A stretch of DNA of 64,000 bases from an uncultured Coriobacteriaceae bacterium (GCA_902772435.1 CACYAX010000001.1:4987-68986), one strand, 5' to 3'. Positions 47,105 through 60,319 are shown, numbered from the stretch's first letter. Numbers and translations: made by a program. The notes: a model not told the origin generated them from the letters alone.

Positions 47105-47575
47105 ATGCCGCGTCGTGCAGCAGCAGTCCGTCGTGAGGTTCAGCCTGACGCCGTTTACAACAACCGTCTCGTCACCCAGCTCATCAACAAGGTGCTCCTC
47201 GACGGCAAGAAGTCCGTCGCAGAGCGCATCGTCTACAACGCGTTCGACATCGTCGCCGCCAAGAGCGGCGAGGACGCCCTGACCGTCTTCAAGAAGGCCA
47301 TGGACAACGTCCGCCCGACCCTCGAGGTCAAGCCCAAGCGCGTCGGTGGCGCCACCTACCAGGTGCCCATGGAGGTCAACTCCCGTCGTGCAACCACCCT
47401 CGCCATCCGTTGGATGGTCAACTTCTCGCGTGCCCGCAAGGAGAAGACCATGGCCGAGCGCCTTGCCAACGAGATTCTCGATGCTTCCAATGGTGTCGGC
47501 GCCTCCGTCAAGCGCCGTGAGGACCTCTTCAAGATGGCTGAGTCCAACCGCGCATTCGCGCACTATCGTTTCTAG
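47105..47575 (+). CDS. rpsG: 30S ribosomal protein S7
   Basis: 156 aa, typical S7. Confidence 0.95.
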   Translation: MPRRAAAVRREVQPDAVYNNRLVTQLINKVLLDGKKSVAERIVYNAFDIVAAKSGEDALTVFKKAMDNVRPTLEVKPKRVGGATYQVPMEVNSRRATTLAIRWMVNFSRARKEKTMAERLANEILDASNGVGASVKRREDLFKMAESNRAFAHYRF

Positions 47576-47596
47576 AGGACCCAGGAGTAGCATTAC

Positions 47597-49690
<2,094 letters not shown>

Positions 49691-49750
49691 TCAGTATACG
49701 TAGCCAGCTAGGGCGGCAGCAGCCGTCCTGCGAAGATGGAGGTACCAGAA

Positions 49751-50059
49751 GTGTCAAGCCAGAAGATCAGGATTCGCCTCAAGGGCTACGATCATGAGGT
49801 CGTTGACCAGTCCGCGAAGCTTATCGTCGACACCGCCCAGAAGACCGGCGCGCGTGTCTCGGGCCCCATCCCCCTGCCCACCGAGCGCAACCTCTACACG
49901 GTCATCCGCTCACCGCACAAGGACAAGGACTCCCGCGAGGAGTTCGAGATGCGCACCCACAAGCGCCTCATCGACATCCTTGACCCCACCGCCTCTACGG
50001 TCGACAGCCTCATGCGTCTCGACCTCCCCGCAGGCGTGGACATCGAGATCAAGCTCTAA
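49751..50059 (+). CDS. rpsJ: 30S ribosomal protein S10 (GTG start after ggaggt)
   Basis: 102 aa; [19 protein letters not shown]. Confidence 0.9.
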   Translation: MSSQKIRIRLKGYDHEVVDQSAKLIVDTAQKTGARVSGPIPLPTERNLYTVIRSPHKDKDSREEFEMRTHKRLIDILDPTASTVDSLMRLDLPAGVDIEIKL

Positions 50060-50099
50060 GGCAAGCCTCAGCTGATACAGCAGCAATATGGCAAATTGA

Positions 50100-50132
50100 G
50101 CCCCTCCGCCCACCGGGTGGAGGGGCTTTTTG
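50100..50132 (+). terminator. Rho-independent terminator immediately after rpsJ (gcccctcc..ggaggggc plus ttttt)
   Basis: GC stem and T5. Confidence 0.75.
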
Positions 50133-50261
50133 CCTCGGTACGCCGTCTGCAGGGAATGAGGTGGCCTAAACGGTTTCGGTTGCGCCGTGAAAACCTCTCC
50201 ACGTGACAGCTTCATTTATGATGTTCTTTGCTGCGTTGAGCGTCGAGGGAGGTGATGTGCT

Positions 50262-51665
50262 GTGGAGAAGCGCTATCGAGTGCCTGAGCTGCGCATGGCG
50301 CTCATCATCTGCGTATGCTTCTTCCTCACCTCGACAGGCTGGCTCTCGTGGCTCTATCACATCATCGAGCTCGGTCTCTCTGAGTTTGCTGACTTCTTCA
50401 CCTTGGTGTGCGGATACCTGACGCAGGCGGTTGGCGTTGCCGTGTACCTTGCGTTGCGTAAGGGCTTGCGTGATGCGGACAGGTCGATTTCTTTAGCGTC
50501 AATCGTTGTATACGCGCTCCTGTGCGTCCCAGCCTTGCTTGCGAACAATCTTGTAGCGACGCTCGCGTTTGGCCTCTTATCCAACATTCCTTGCGGCATG
50601 ATCCAGGGGATATATCTTTGCCTTTTGGCCGAACAGGTTGATCCGGATCATCAAGGGACCATGTTCGGCTGTGGCTATGCTCTCTCCACATTGATGACTT
50701 GGCTCTTGTCGCTTCCCGCAAGCGGTGCACTCACGCTGGGCATTCCGAGCCTTGCCGTGTGCGCGGTGGTGTCGGTCATCGCCTTTGTCTTGGTGCGCGA
50801 GGCTTTCGTTGAGACGTCGACGGAGGGCGTCGCCAAAGGCTTCGACCCACCTGATGCGGCGATGCCGCGCGACTTGCTCTTCCTCGCGAGTGCGGCAATC
50901 GTCTTGGCGAGTCTCGTGAAGACCGCGGGCTTCTCATTTCCCTCGACCGACCTCGTTTCGGGCGTCAACCTTGAGTTCTCACGCCTGCTGTACGGATTCG
51001 GATTGGTTGTTGCGGGCGTTGCGAGCGACCGCGACCGCCGCTACGGGCTCATTATCTGCACCATGGCACTGGTCATGCCCTTCCTGATGCTCGCCCTTTC
51101 GGGAGCGGGAGCTCCAGAAGCGTTCCTTTGGCTCACGGGCTATTTCCTAAATGGATTCTTTACGGTCTTCCGCGTGCTTCTGATGGTTGACCTTGCCAGG
51201 CGATACGCCCTGCCGGGAGTCGCTGCTCTGGGCTTGCTGATGGGGCGCACGGGCGATGCGCTCGGGTCAATGCTGTGCCTCGCGCTTTCGGGAACCCCCA
51301 TGGTGCTCATCGGTGTGACGGCCGTGCTATTCATGCTTGCCGCCGGGTGTTTCGTGGTGCTTTACCAGCGTTTCTACCAAGCGGAGACGAGCGGTGCGCA
51401 AGATGAGGAGTCCGTGGGGGAGCCGGAGCAGGTTTCTGTGCCGAGCGCACGCGAAGTCTTCGAGCTCTTTGCTGCCCGCTACGGCCTGACGGCTCGCGAG
51501 CGCGACGTGCTGCGGCTCGTGCTGGCGGAGAAGAGCAATTCAGAAATTGCGAGCGAGCTTTTCGTCTCCGAGGGGACCGTCAAATACCATGTGGGCAACC
51601 TGCTCAAGAAGACGGAATGCAAGAACCGCCTCGAGGTCCTGGCGCTATATGCGCGCGGCGAGTGA
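50262..51665 (+). CDS. Membrane-bound LuxR-family regulator: polytopic N-terminal domain plus a C-terminal LuxR/GerE HTH
   Basis: Many hydrophobic helices, then LTARERDVLRLVLAEKSNSEIASELFVSEGTVKYHVGNLLKK. Confidence 0.8.
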   Translation: MEKRYRVPELRMALIICVCFFLTSTGWLSWLYHIIELGLSEFADFFTLVCGYLTQAVGVAVYLALRKGLRDADRSISLASIVVYALLCVPALLANNLVATLAFGLLSNIPCGMIQGIYLCLLAEQVDPDHQGTMFGCGYALSTLMTWLLSLPASGALTLGIPSLAVCAVVSVIAFVLVREAFVETSTEGVAKGFDPPDAAMPRDLLFLASAAIVLASLVKTAGFSFPSTDLVSGVNLEFSRLLYGFGLVVAGVASDRDRRYGLIICTMALVMPFLMLALSGAGAPEAFLWLTGYFLNGFFTVFRVLLMVDLARRYALPGVAALGLLMGRTGDALGSMLCLALSGTPMVLIGVTAVLFMLAAGCFVVLYQRFYQAETSGAQDEESVGEPEQVSVPSAREVFELFAARYGLTARERDVLRLVLAEKSNSEIASELFVSEGTVKYHVGNLLKKTECKNRLEVLALYARGE

Positions 51666-51888
51666 CGCCCCTTAGGTGAAAGAGCCGTTGTTTTCTGATG
51701 CCGCTCACCGCGGGCCAGCGGTTGGTCACCTTGCTCTCAAGACCTCAATCAAATTACAAATCCGCAGGTAGAAGGCAACCTATACCAAACCTAGACTTGT
51801 GGCAAACCAACCTTTTGCGCATGGTGGAAACTGTATTGCTATCTCTAATGCCCAGGGATTCGCGCCATGGGTGAAGGGTGGTGCGCTC

Positions 51889-54800
51889 ATGAGTCGAAGC
51901 TTGAACAGAGCATTGTCCGTCCTGCTTTCCTTTGCGCTTGTTATGAGCACCGTGCCCGCAGAGGCACTGGCAGAGGCGCTCGATGACGTGGCGGCGGTGA
52001 CCGCCGCGGAGGAGGTGGCCGTCGAATCCGAAGGGGATGAAGGGGCCCTGCAGGTGGCGGAGGAGGTCACGCCGGAAGAGTTGGTTGTGACGGACACTTC
52101 TGCGGACGATGATGCTCAGGCAGGCACGGATGAGGGCGCAGCCCCTGCGGCAGCGGCTGACGACGAAGAGACGGCGGAGACTCCAGCGGGCAACGATGCG
52201 ACTGACGAGACCGTGACCGACGAGGGAGCTCAGCCGGAACAGGAGGCTGCGGAACCAGCGGCAGACGAGGAGGGGATCGAGACCGAAGCGGTCGAGGACG
52301 ACCCGCTCTACTTCCAGGACCTCCAGACGGGCAAGCGCGTGACCACGCTGCACACCTCGGGCACCTATCTTTTGGTGGACGCCGACGGGTCGCCCTACAC
52401 CGGATACCTCAGCTCGGTGACGTTTGACTACATGGGCGCAGATCCGCGTGGCAACGAGGGAAGCTATCAGGTCGATCTCAAGACCGTGGACAACTATGGG
52501 GGGTCCGGGGAGAGCGTCCTCGTGCTCGAGGACCTCAAGGACGGCGATGGCTGGCAGCTTCCCTCGGGATCCTATACCGTTGCTGGGGGCTCCTACTTAG
52601 GACACACCAATCTTAAACAGACGTATCGCGTGGTCAATGATGGCCTTTACTGGCATTATTTCGATCTCTCCGACAGCGTGCAACAAGATTCGCTTCGGAG
52701 GGAATTCAGCATCAAGGGCTACAACGAAGACACGACCGACCTTGAATATGACGGCGGACTTACTGACGAGGGCTATTACGTGTCCCCGACCGTTCCCGAG
52801 CAGGACACCTTCGTGCTTGCCGCCGACACGCGCCTCAGGTTCGAAGTCAATTCAACCGTCTCGATGAACGGGAACACCATGCCCCAGATCGAGAGCATCA
52901 GCCTTTGGAAGGCCGACGAAGCGCTCGAGACCCTTGTGGGAACCTTCGACGATGCGGGCGAACTTGTCACAGAGGGCAAGTATGTCGACCTGTATGAGGC
53001 GCTCGTCTCTCGCGTGCCTGAGCTCCTGCAGGAAGGTGGGGTAGACGCCGTGCCCACGTGGCCCAGCTACCTCAATTTTGGCGAGACCGAAAAGCTCACG
53101 ACGCTGTGGGAGCGCGGCGACGCGAGCCTGAACGAGCGCATCGAGCTTGACGCAACCGATGTCGAGAACGGTCAATGCACGTCTACGTCCGTGATCATCG
53201 ACCAGGTCAGTTTCGCGAACAGCGCGGTCGAGGACGGGGTGTATTTCCCAATCGTGAAGGCGACCATCGCCGGCGAGTCCTATACCTACGCGTATTACCC
53301 AATCGAGGTGGCGGCAGAAGAGGATGTGCGCGGCGATCCGCGCATCACGACCTCGGCACTTCCTGCCGGGCGTGTGGGAGATGCGTACACCATCACACTG
53401 AAAGCCCAGAGCGGATCTATCCAGGAGGGCACGTTCTCCTGGGCCGTGACCGAAGGCACCCTGCCCGAAGGCCTTTCCCTCGAGGCTTCGACGGGCATCA
53501 TTTTGGGTACGCCTGCCGCGGAAGGCACGGCGAACTTCACCGTGACCCTCACCGAGACGGTTGGTGGCGAAGACCGTACGACCATGCGCTCCTTCTCCCT
53601 GCGCGTGCGCGAGGCGGCTGTGTCCGAGAACGCCTTTGACAGGCTGTCTTTGGGCGAGATCGGCTATACGCCCGGCACCATTTGGACGTCAGGTGTCTAC
53701 AACAAAGCCACCTACACGACCCTGCGCATCCCAATCTCCCTTGACATCCGTGACGAGCGCTACAACTTGGGCGAAACCGAGCTGTGGTACATGCTCAAGA
53801 TGACGACGAAATACGATGACGGGCCGCACTATCGCGTGTGGCATGACCGAGCTGTGGACCTCATGAATGCCGACGGTACGGCGCTCGAGGTTGCCGCTCC
53901 CGTGGAGAAGGGTCTCCTCTTGGATCCTCTGACCCTCACGAGGATCCGTGCGTTTCTGGTTCCCAAGACAAATAATGGCGACTATGCCTTTGACCCCGGG
54001 CAGCTTGAAAATGACGGCACCTATTCTGATGGCACCCCATACCGGATCCTTCCGATCGAAGTCACCCTGTCCGAACGCTATGGCGCGGAGTCCCAAGACG
54101 CCGTCGTCAATGAGGACGGCTATCTGTCTGAGACGCAGTCCTATGTCTACATGAGTGCAGACGGCAGCTCGACATCAGCAAGCTGGTATGGCGACTACGC
54201 GTATTACAACAACGCTCCCGAGATGCCCCACACGGCGCTCGAGAACCCCGATATAACCTTCGGTAGCTGGATTTCCATACCAGAGCTCGAGCTTGAGGGC
54301 GATGCCGCTTACGCAACTGATGAGGGACGCGTCCGCCTGTGGGCCTGCGACGGCACCACTACGGTGGGCGAGCCGCAGGTACGAGACCTTTCCACCGATG
54401 CCGTCTTCAAATTGAAGCCGGGCACCTATGCCCTCACGGTCGAGGGGCTGGTGCCCTCCTATGACGAGAACGGCGTCGAAATAGAGGACGCCGACGTCTG
54501 GATCGATGTCGTGGGTAAGGTGAGCGGCGCTAGCGTGCTCAAGGGAACCTATCCCAAGCAGTATGTGTTTTCCGTCGGTCCCAACGAGGGAACTAAGAGC
54601 GATCCTCTGGGCATCGATGTGACCTACTCGTATGAGGGCATGAGCGATGTCAACCGCCACTCGGTCTCGCCGACCTTCGAGATGACCGATGGGACCTATG
54701 CGAACAGCCGCGATGCTGGTGTGTATGGCTATGTGCAGTATGAGGTCCGCTGGTATCGTCGGGTGGGCCAAAGCGACCCCGCAAAAGACGTGCTCGTGGC

Positions 54801-57800
54801 AACGGGCGACACGGTGGTGTTCGGCCGGTCTGACTACGACCTGTATGTTGAGGTCGTGCCTACGGGCCGCGACAACGCCTTCTGGAAGGCAAAGAAGCTG
54901 AAGGTCTCCCAAGACAACAAGGTCGTTCAGGTGAAGCTGGAACGCAAGCAGCGGTTCACGGGAACGTTCACGCTTTCGTGCGTGTCGGGCAAGGTTCCGG
55001 CAGGGGGCACGAATTGGGGCATCATCGAGGTGAGCACCATCACAGACGATGGAGGCATCTCGACGTATAACCTTTGGGCAGGCGAGGCCACCGTGTCTGT
55101 GCCCAACCTCACCTCGGGAGCCACGGTCACGTTCACGCCCATCGTGGACCTGAAGGGCGGCGAGGTCTCCTATACCGTGCCGGAAGAAGCCGAGGAGAAT
55201 TTCACCGCCGAGCTGGTAGCGCCTCTAGCGAAGGGGGTCATCGACTTCGAGGGCCTGCACTTCGTTGACGTCAACGGCAAGACGACGGATTTCACGCTCA
55301 ACGATGGCCATACCGGCGTCAAGGTCCAGGTCGGGTACGCCTGGGACGAAGGCATTGTTTACTACGACGAGGTCCCTTCCTACGTCCTTGATGGCGGCAG
55401 CATCCTCCTGCAGCCAGAGCTTTACGAGGACGAGCCGCAGTTCATGCGAAACACGGGGGACACGTTCTATCGCGTGACGGTGACGCATAAGGATCCGGAT
55501 GCGCCCGACTACGTTGGCACCATGACGACCGATGTTGCGGCAAGCGAGTCGTTTGACATCGGGCTTTCCCGCGAGGTCACCTCAGCCACCATCAAGGACA
55601 CGACGTTCCTGTCGCGGGGCTATGCGCTGGTGCCGATAAACAAGGGGTCGCGCAAGCTGGCGAACGTGGCACTTTTCCGCACCACGCTTGATGAGGAAGG
55701 CACGATTACCAGCGCAGAGTCGCAGGACAAGGCGTCGTCTGCGGCGATTGGCGATGTGGACGTGCTGCGCACGCCCTTCCTCGATGCGGGTACCTATGCG
55801 TTCTATGCTGTGTACGCCGATTCATTGGGCGGGGACCTTTCTCTCGAGAATTTCTCGGACATGGAGCGGGTGGTTCGGGATGGCCAAGGTTCTCGTATCG
55901 ACTTCGAGATCGAGGACGGAACCATCACCGACTGCAACACGACGTCCTTCAGGAGTTCCCTGTGGTCGTGGGCCGGCTCCGCGAGTGAAGACAAGGGCTT
56001 GGTGAACAAAGACACCAGCTTCGTGAACGCCTCGATCGTGTATCGCGGCATGACAAGCATCGAGATGCGCGCAGAGCTGGCTTCGGGCGTCACGCTTTCT
56101 GACAGCGCGAGGCTCGAGATACGCACCAACCAGGCATCCGGTGACAGCGGCGCTGGCTATACGCATCCGCGGGCGCTCACCATCAACGGTAAGCCCCTTG
56201 TGATCAACCGCTGGGAGAACCTCTTTAACGGAACCCAGAACATGGATGAAGGCAATCTCACCATACTGCTTTCCGAAGCCAAGAAACAGGGGGCGGAATG
56301 CGCGAGCTTCCCGATGGACCTCACGCTCGTCGTTCCCCGAAACAGCGCAACCAGCACGATCGACGCGAGCGTCTGGCTCGTTGACGGCGGGAAGCGAACA
56401 CTGGTGGGCACGTGTCACGAGGTGTACAACCAGACGGACCTCGTCGTACCGTCGTACGTGGCATGGAAGACCTTCTACGTGTACGGCTCGACAAGTCCCA
56501 ACGCCAACGTGACGGTGTTCATGGACGGCATGCGCGCGGCAACGGCATGCGCCGACAACTTTGGCTACTATTCGGCCGAGATCACGCTGCCTTACGACGT
56601 GCGCAACAACGATAGTTTCTCGTTGACGGCTTCGGCACAGTGGGCTACCGCAGACAGCATAACGCACGCGGCGACCACCGAGTCGCACGAGGTGATATAC
56701 ACCGAGGCCATCCCCGTCGTCGAACGCATCACGGCGTATTACCAGTCTATGCCGGGCGATCCCTACACGTCCGTGGTGAGCTACTATCGCGGCATGATGC
56801 CCGACAAGTATCGGCGCATCTATCGTGCCGAGAACGAAGGGGGCTCGTCCACAGGCGAGCATGCCATGCAGTTCTGGATGGTGGAGTTTGCCAACCCGAA
56901 GGGCGTGTGTGACGTGTCGATCACGGTGCCGTTCGCCTCGGGTGATGTCACGATGGAGACCACTGACAAGATCGCTACTGCCAAGTCCTGGATTCCCGAC
57001 GTGAAGAACGCAAGCACCGGCTACTCCTATGCTGGCCAAGAGATACTGGATGGCCTTTCGGCAACGGAGCCGCACGGTTTCGTGTCGAAGCCCACGTACT
57101 TCGCGACGGCGCCGACTGAAATCATGGTGAATTCCAGCCTCGACATCGAGGCCATCAGGCAGCCTGGCTTTGAGACGGTGGTGGACATCGGCTCGGCCTT
57201 GGGAGCCTTCGAGGGTTACCAGGCGGAGGGCATGGCAGAGGACATCGAGGGCTATCTGGGCAAGATGTCCGACAGCGGTTACCTGCATATCCTTACGGAT
57301 GCCGAGGTGGCACAGCTGACGGTTAACCAAGGCACGCTCGTCAAGCCAGAAGACCTACCGGACGTGTCGGCGACGGCGCAGACTCTGCTCACAAACGCAG
57401 CGGGGTGTGCTGACGACTGGGTTTTGCTCGGGCCTGCTAAGGATGCCACCAGCGGAGAGGATGCACTGCTTCTGCTGCATCACACAGCCCAGACCACGGC
57501 GGTCTCTCAAGACGCGATTTCTAGCGAAGTGCAGGGCCTTGTGGATGGCACGCAGACCCAGCGCGACCTGTGCGCCCCGTGGTTCGCTTCGGGGACTGCC
57601 GTAAGCGAGGAAGACCTTGCAGAGGCGGCATACGCGGGCAACAACCTCGTCTACGCCATCGACGGGACGACCGAGGGAGTCGACGACCCCTCCTGCCTCT
57701 ACAACATCATCACTGAGGACAATGCAGGCAACGTCCAGTGGGAGACGCTCAACGAGTACGTCATATATGGCTCCGGCAAGCACTACTACACCTTCCAGCG

Positions 57801-60297
57801 CATGGACAAGCAGAGCATGCGCTACGTCACGTGGGACGAGGAGTACGGTCGTCGGGTCGACGTGAGTTACACGATCCATCCAAACCAGGTGCGCCAGAGC
57901 GCCGTGGGCTTCTATGACCTCTACCTGCAGTGGAACACAACACTTCTTGCCCTGCATCGCGGCATTGACGAGGGCCTTGGCTATACGGAAGATGACACCA
58001 TCTACGGCGAGGTGGAAGACGATGTGCTCATCGGGCAATCGACGGACGACGGGGCGCTGGGAAGCGATGAGTCCTCGTTGGCGACGCAAGGCTTTTGGGG
58101 TGAAGCCGGCGGCTACCTTGCGGGAGACTCGATTAAGTATGGCCTCGAACAGATATGCAAGCAATTTGGCATCAAGAGCACCGACGAGAACATGCAAGAC
58201 GCGAATACCCTCAACGAGCAGATCAACAACCCCGAGTTCCGTATGCAGCGCACGGCGATTGACGGCAACCAGAGCTGGATTGTCGACGGAATGAAGACCA
58301 TAGCTGCGCGCCAGACCGTCAATAACGTCTCGAACACGGCGTACAACTACGTGTCAAGCGGTCGTTCTGCCTTTGGTATCGCCACGCTCTTCATTCCGGT
58401 CTCACCGACCCAGGAGGCGGTCGAGGCGGTAAGCTCGGGCAAGGGCTGGCCTACCAACAAGAAGAAGGCCACGACGACCAAGCCCAAAAAGAGGAAGCGT
58501 CCCCAGACCGAGAAGGAGTGGAAGGAGGAGTACTGGCGCCAGGCGATTGCCCGTGAGATGGGCTGGGAATACGACATGACCATCTTCTTTGAGCTGGACA
58601 AGACCACGCTCAAGCACTGCGTCCAGTACTTCGAGCGGAACCTCAAGCAGAATTTGCCCGACCTCTGGCGAAAGTACGAGCTCCATAAGAGGGTCCACGA
58701 CCCGTCTGGCTTCGTGTATGAGGCGGTGCTGTCCAACGTGGTGGAAGGCGCGACGGTCAAACTGTACACCTACAACCCTGCGGCGGCCGAAGCGGGCTTT
58801 GACGACCCGTCTACCTTCGTGGACTCCGAGCAGTTCGGGCTGAGTGAAGAGAATCCGCAGGTCACGGGAGCTGATGGACGCTACCAGTGGTTCGTGCCAG
58901 AAGGGTTCTGGCAGGTGCGCGTGAGCAAGACGGGCTACGAGAGCTTCAGCACGGGCGAGTGGGGCCATAAGGAGTCGCATCCGGTCTATGGCGAGGATGG
59001 CGAGCCGGTGCTCGATGAGGACGGCGCGATGGTCGCGCAGGCCGTCTGGGTCGGCGACTACGGCATCGGAGGCACGAAGGACTTCGACGGCGACGGCGAA
59101 GACGATGCGGCCGAATACTGGATGCCCGTGCTGCCCGTCCAGCTGGACGTGAACATCCCGCTCGTAAGCTATGAGGAGCCCACGATAGAGACGATTGAGG
59201 CGGGCGAGGACGGGGTGACGGTGACCTTCTCCAAGTACATGAAGGTCGATACCGTTACGGCCGATCTCTTCTCCATCGACGGCGAACAGGCACCTTCATG
59301 CACGCCGGTTGACGAGGAGGCGGCCGCTGACGGCTCCGGCCAGATGCTGGCGACCACCTTCAAGCTGTCATACCCCGACTCGACGGAACTCGTCGTGGGG
59401 TTCAACAGGATCTCCGTGACGTTCGATGACGAGAACAGCGTGGCCACTAGTTATGCGGGCGTTCCGGCCGATGACTATGCGACGAAGACGGTCTACGTGA
59501 CCATTGAGAACATCGACATCTCCCAGGCAAGCATCGCCGCCATCCCCGCGCAGACCTACACTGGCAAGGCGATCAAGCCGGCGATCACGGTGACGTACGG
59601 CGGGAAGACCCTCGTCGCCGGCACCGACTACACGGTGACGTATAGCGACAACGTGAACGTGGGCAACAAGGCGACCGTGACCGTCACGGGCACGGGCGAC
59701 TTCGCGGGCACCAAGTCCGCGACCTTCCGCATCGCCTTCAAGGACGTGAGGAAGGGCGCGTGGTACTACAACGTGGTGCACCGCGCGAACGACCTCGGGC
59801 TGATGAACGGCTACGGCGGGGCCAGGGCGGGCAACTTCGGGCCCAACGACAACATCAGGCGCTGCGACGTGGCGGTGATCCTCTGGAACATGGCGGGCAA
59901 GCCGGCCGCGGGCACGGGCGCGAAGAGCTTCGACGACGTCAAGTCGGGCGCCTACTACTACGCGGCGGTGCGCTGGGCGAGCTCCGTGGGCGTGGTGAGC
60001 GGCGGCAGCGACGGCACGTTCCGCCCGACCGACGACGTGACGCGCGAGGAGCTCGCCAGCATGCTGAGGAGCTACTACGTGAAGGTCGCCGGGAGGACGG
60101 CGGCCGGCTCGGCGGCCGACTTCGCCTCGATGCCTGACGCCTCGAAGGTCTCGATCTGGGCGCGCAGCGGCGTGGGCTTCTGCTTCAGGAACAGGATCAT
60201 CTCCGGCAAGGACGGCCTGATCGCCCCGAAGGCGACGGCCACGCGCGCCGAGACGGCGAAGATGGTGGTCTTCCTCTACGACATGCTGAACGCGTAG
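51889..60297 (+). CDS. Giant (about 2802 aa) secreted cell-wall protein with three C-terminal SLH domains
   Basis: Signal peptide MSRSLNRALSVLLSFALVMSTVPAEALA. Acidic region. He_PIG-type putative Ig domain (about 53344-53555). CarboxypepD_reg/Cna-B-like module (DPSGFVYEAV...TGADGRYQWFVPEGFWQVRVSKTGY). Ig-like YTGKAIKP module. SLH repeats at 59737-60294. Confidence 0.8.
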   Translation: MSRSLNRALSVLLSFALVMSTVPAEALAEALDDVAAVTAAEEVAVESEGDEGALQVAEEVTPEELVVTDTSADDDAQAGTDEGAAPAAAADDEETAETPAGNDATDETVTDEGAQPEQEAAEPAADEEGIETEAVEDDPLYFQDLQTGKRVTTLHTSGTYLLVDADGSPYTGYLSSVTFDYMGADPRGNEGSYQVDLKTVDNYGGSGESVLVLEDLKDGDGWQLPSGSYTVAGGSYLGHTNLKQTYRVVNDGLYWHYFDLSDSVQQDSLRREFSIKGYNEDTTDLEYDGGLTDEGYYVSPTVPEQDTFVLAADTRLRFEVNSTVSMNGNTMPQIESISLWKADEALETLVGTFDDAGELVTEGKYVDLYEALVSRVPELLQEGGVDAVPTWPSYLNFGETEKLTTLWERGDASLNERIELDATDVENGQCTSTSVIIDQVSFANSAVEDGVYFPIVKATIAGESYTYAYYPIEVAAEEDVRGDPRITTSALPAGRVGDAYTITLKAQSGSIQEGTFSWAVTEGTLPEGLSLEASTGIILGTPAAEGTANFTVTLTETVGGEDRTTMRSFSLRVREAAVSENAFDRLSLGEIGYTPGTIWTSGVYNKATYTTLRIPISLDIRDERYNLGETELWYMLKMTTKYDDGPHYRVWHDRAVDLMNADGTALEVAAPVEKGLLLDPLTLTRIRAFLVPKTNNGDYAFDPGQLENDGTYSDGTPYRILPIEVTLSERYGAESQDAVVNEDGYLSETQSYVYMSADGSSTSASWYGDYAYYNNAPEMPHTALENPDITFGSWISIPELELEGDAAYATDEGRVRLWACDGTTTVGEPQVRDLSTDAVFKLKPGTYALTVEGLVPSYDENGVEIEDADVWIDVVGKVSGASVLKGTYPKQYVFSVGPNEGTKSDPLGIDVTYSYEGMSDVNRHSVSPTFEMTDGTYANSRDAGVYGYVQYEVRWYRRVGQSDPAKDVLVATGDTVVFGRSDYDLYVEVVPTGRDNAFWKAKKLKVSQDNKVVQVKLERKQRFTGTFTLSCVSGKVPAGGTNWGIIEVSTITDDGGISTYNLWAGEATVSVPNLTSGATVTFTPIVDLKGGEVSYTVPEEAEENFTAELVAPLAKGVIDFEGLHFVDVNGKTTDFTLNDGHTGVKVQVGYAWDEGIVYYDEVPSYVLDGGSILLQPELYEDEPQFMRNTGDTFYRVTVTHKDPDAPDYVGTMTTDVAASESFDIGLSREVTSATIKDTTFLSRGYALVPINKGSRKLANVALFRTTLDEEGTITSAESQDKASSAAIGDVDVLRTPFLDAGTYAFYAVYADSLGGDLSLENFSDMERVVRDGQGSRIDFEIEDGTITDCNTTSFRSSLWSWAGSASEDKGLVNKDTSFVNASIVYRGMTSIEMRAELASGVTLSDSARLEIRTNQASGDSGAGYTHPRALTINGKPLVINRWENLFNGTQNMDEGNLTILLSEAKKQGAECASFPMDLTLVVPRNSATSTIDASVWLVDGGKRTLVGTCHEVYNQTDLVVPSYVAWKTFYVYGSTSPNANVTVFMDGMRAATACADNFGYYSAEITLPYDVRNNDSFSLTASAQWATADSITHAATTESHEVIYTEAIPVVERITAYYQSMPGDPYTSVVSYYRGMMPDKYRRIYRAENEGGSSTGEHAMQFWMVEFANPKGVCDVSITVPFASGDVTMETTDKIATAKSWIPDVKNASTGYSYAGQEILDGLSATEPHGFVSKPTYFATAPTEIMVNSSLDIEAIRQPGFETVVDIGSALGAFEGYQAEGMAEDIEGYLGKMSDSGYLHILTDAEVAQLTVNQGTLVKPEDLPDVSATAQTLLTNAAGCADDWVLLGPAKDATSGEDALLLLHHTAQTTAVSQDAISSEVQGLVDGTQTQRDLCAPWFASGTAVSEEDLAEAAYAGNNLVYAIDGTTEGVDDPSCLYNIITEDNAGNVQWETLNEYVIYGSGKHYYTFQRMDKQSMRYVTWDEEYGRRVDVSYTIHPNQVRQSAVGFYDLYLQWNTTLLALHRGIDEGLGYTEDDTIYGEVEDDVLIGQSTDDGALGSDESSLATQGFWGEAGGYLAGDSIKYGLEQICKQFGIKSTDENMQDANTLNEQINNPEFRMQRTAIDGNQSWIVDGMKTIAARQTVNNVSNTAYNYVSSGRSAFGIATLFIPVSPTQEAVEAVSSGKGWPTNKKKATTTKPKKRKRPQTEKEWKEEYWRQAIAREMGWEYDMTIFFELDKTTLKHCVQYFERNLKQNLPDLWRKYELHKRVHDPSGFVYEAVLSNVVEGATVKLYTYNPAAAEAGFDDPSTFVDSEQFGLSEENPQVTGADGRYQWFVPEGFWQVRVSKTGYESFSTGEWGHKESHPVYGEDGEPVLDEDGAMVAQAVWVGDYGIGGTKDFDGDGEDDAAEYWMPVLPVQLDVNIPLVSYEEPTIETIEAGEDGVTVTFSKYMKVDTVTADLFSIDGEQAPSCTPVDEEAAADGSGQMLATTFKLSYPDSTELVVGFNRISVTFDDENSVATSYAGVPADDYATKTVYVTIENIDISQASIAAIPAQTYTGKAIKPAITVTYGGKTLVAGTDYTVTYSDNVNVGNKATVTVTGTGDFAGTKSATFRIAFKDVRKGAWYYNVVHRANDLGLMNGYGGARAGNFGPNDNIRRCDVAVILWNMAGKPAAGTGAKSFDDVKSGAYYYAAVRWASSVGVVSGGSDGTFRPTDDVTREELASMLRSYYVKVAGRTAAGSAADFASMPDASKVSIWARSGVGFCFRNRIISGKDGLIAPKATATRAETAKMVVFLYDMLNA

Positions 60298-60319
60298 GGG
60301 GGCGCACACAGTGACGCAC

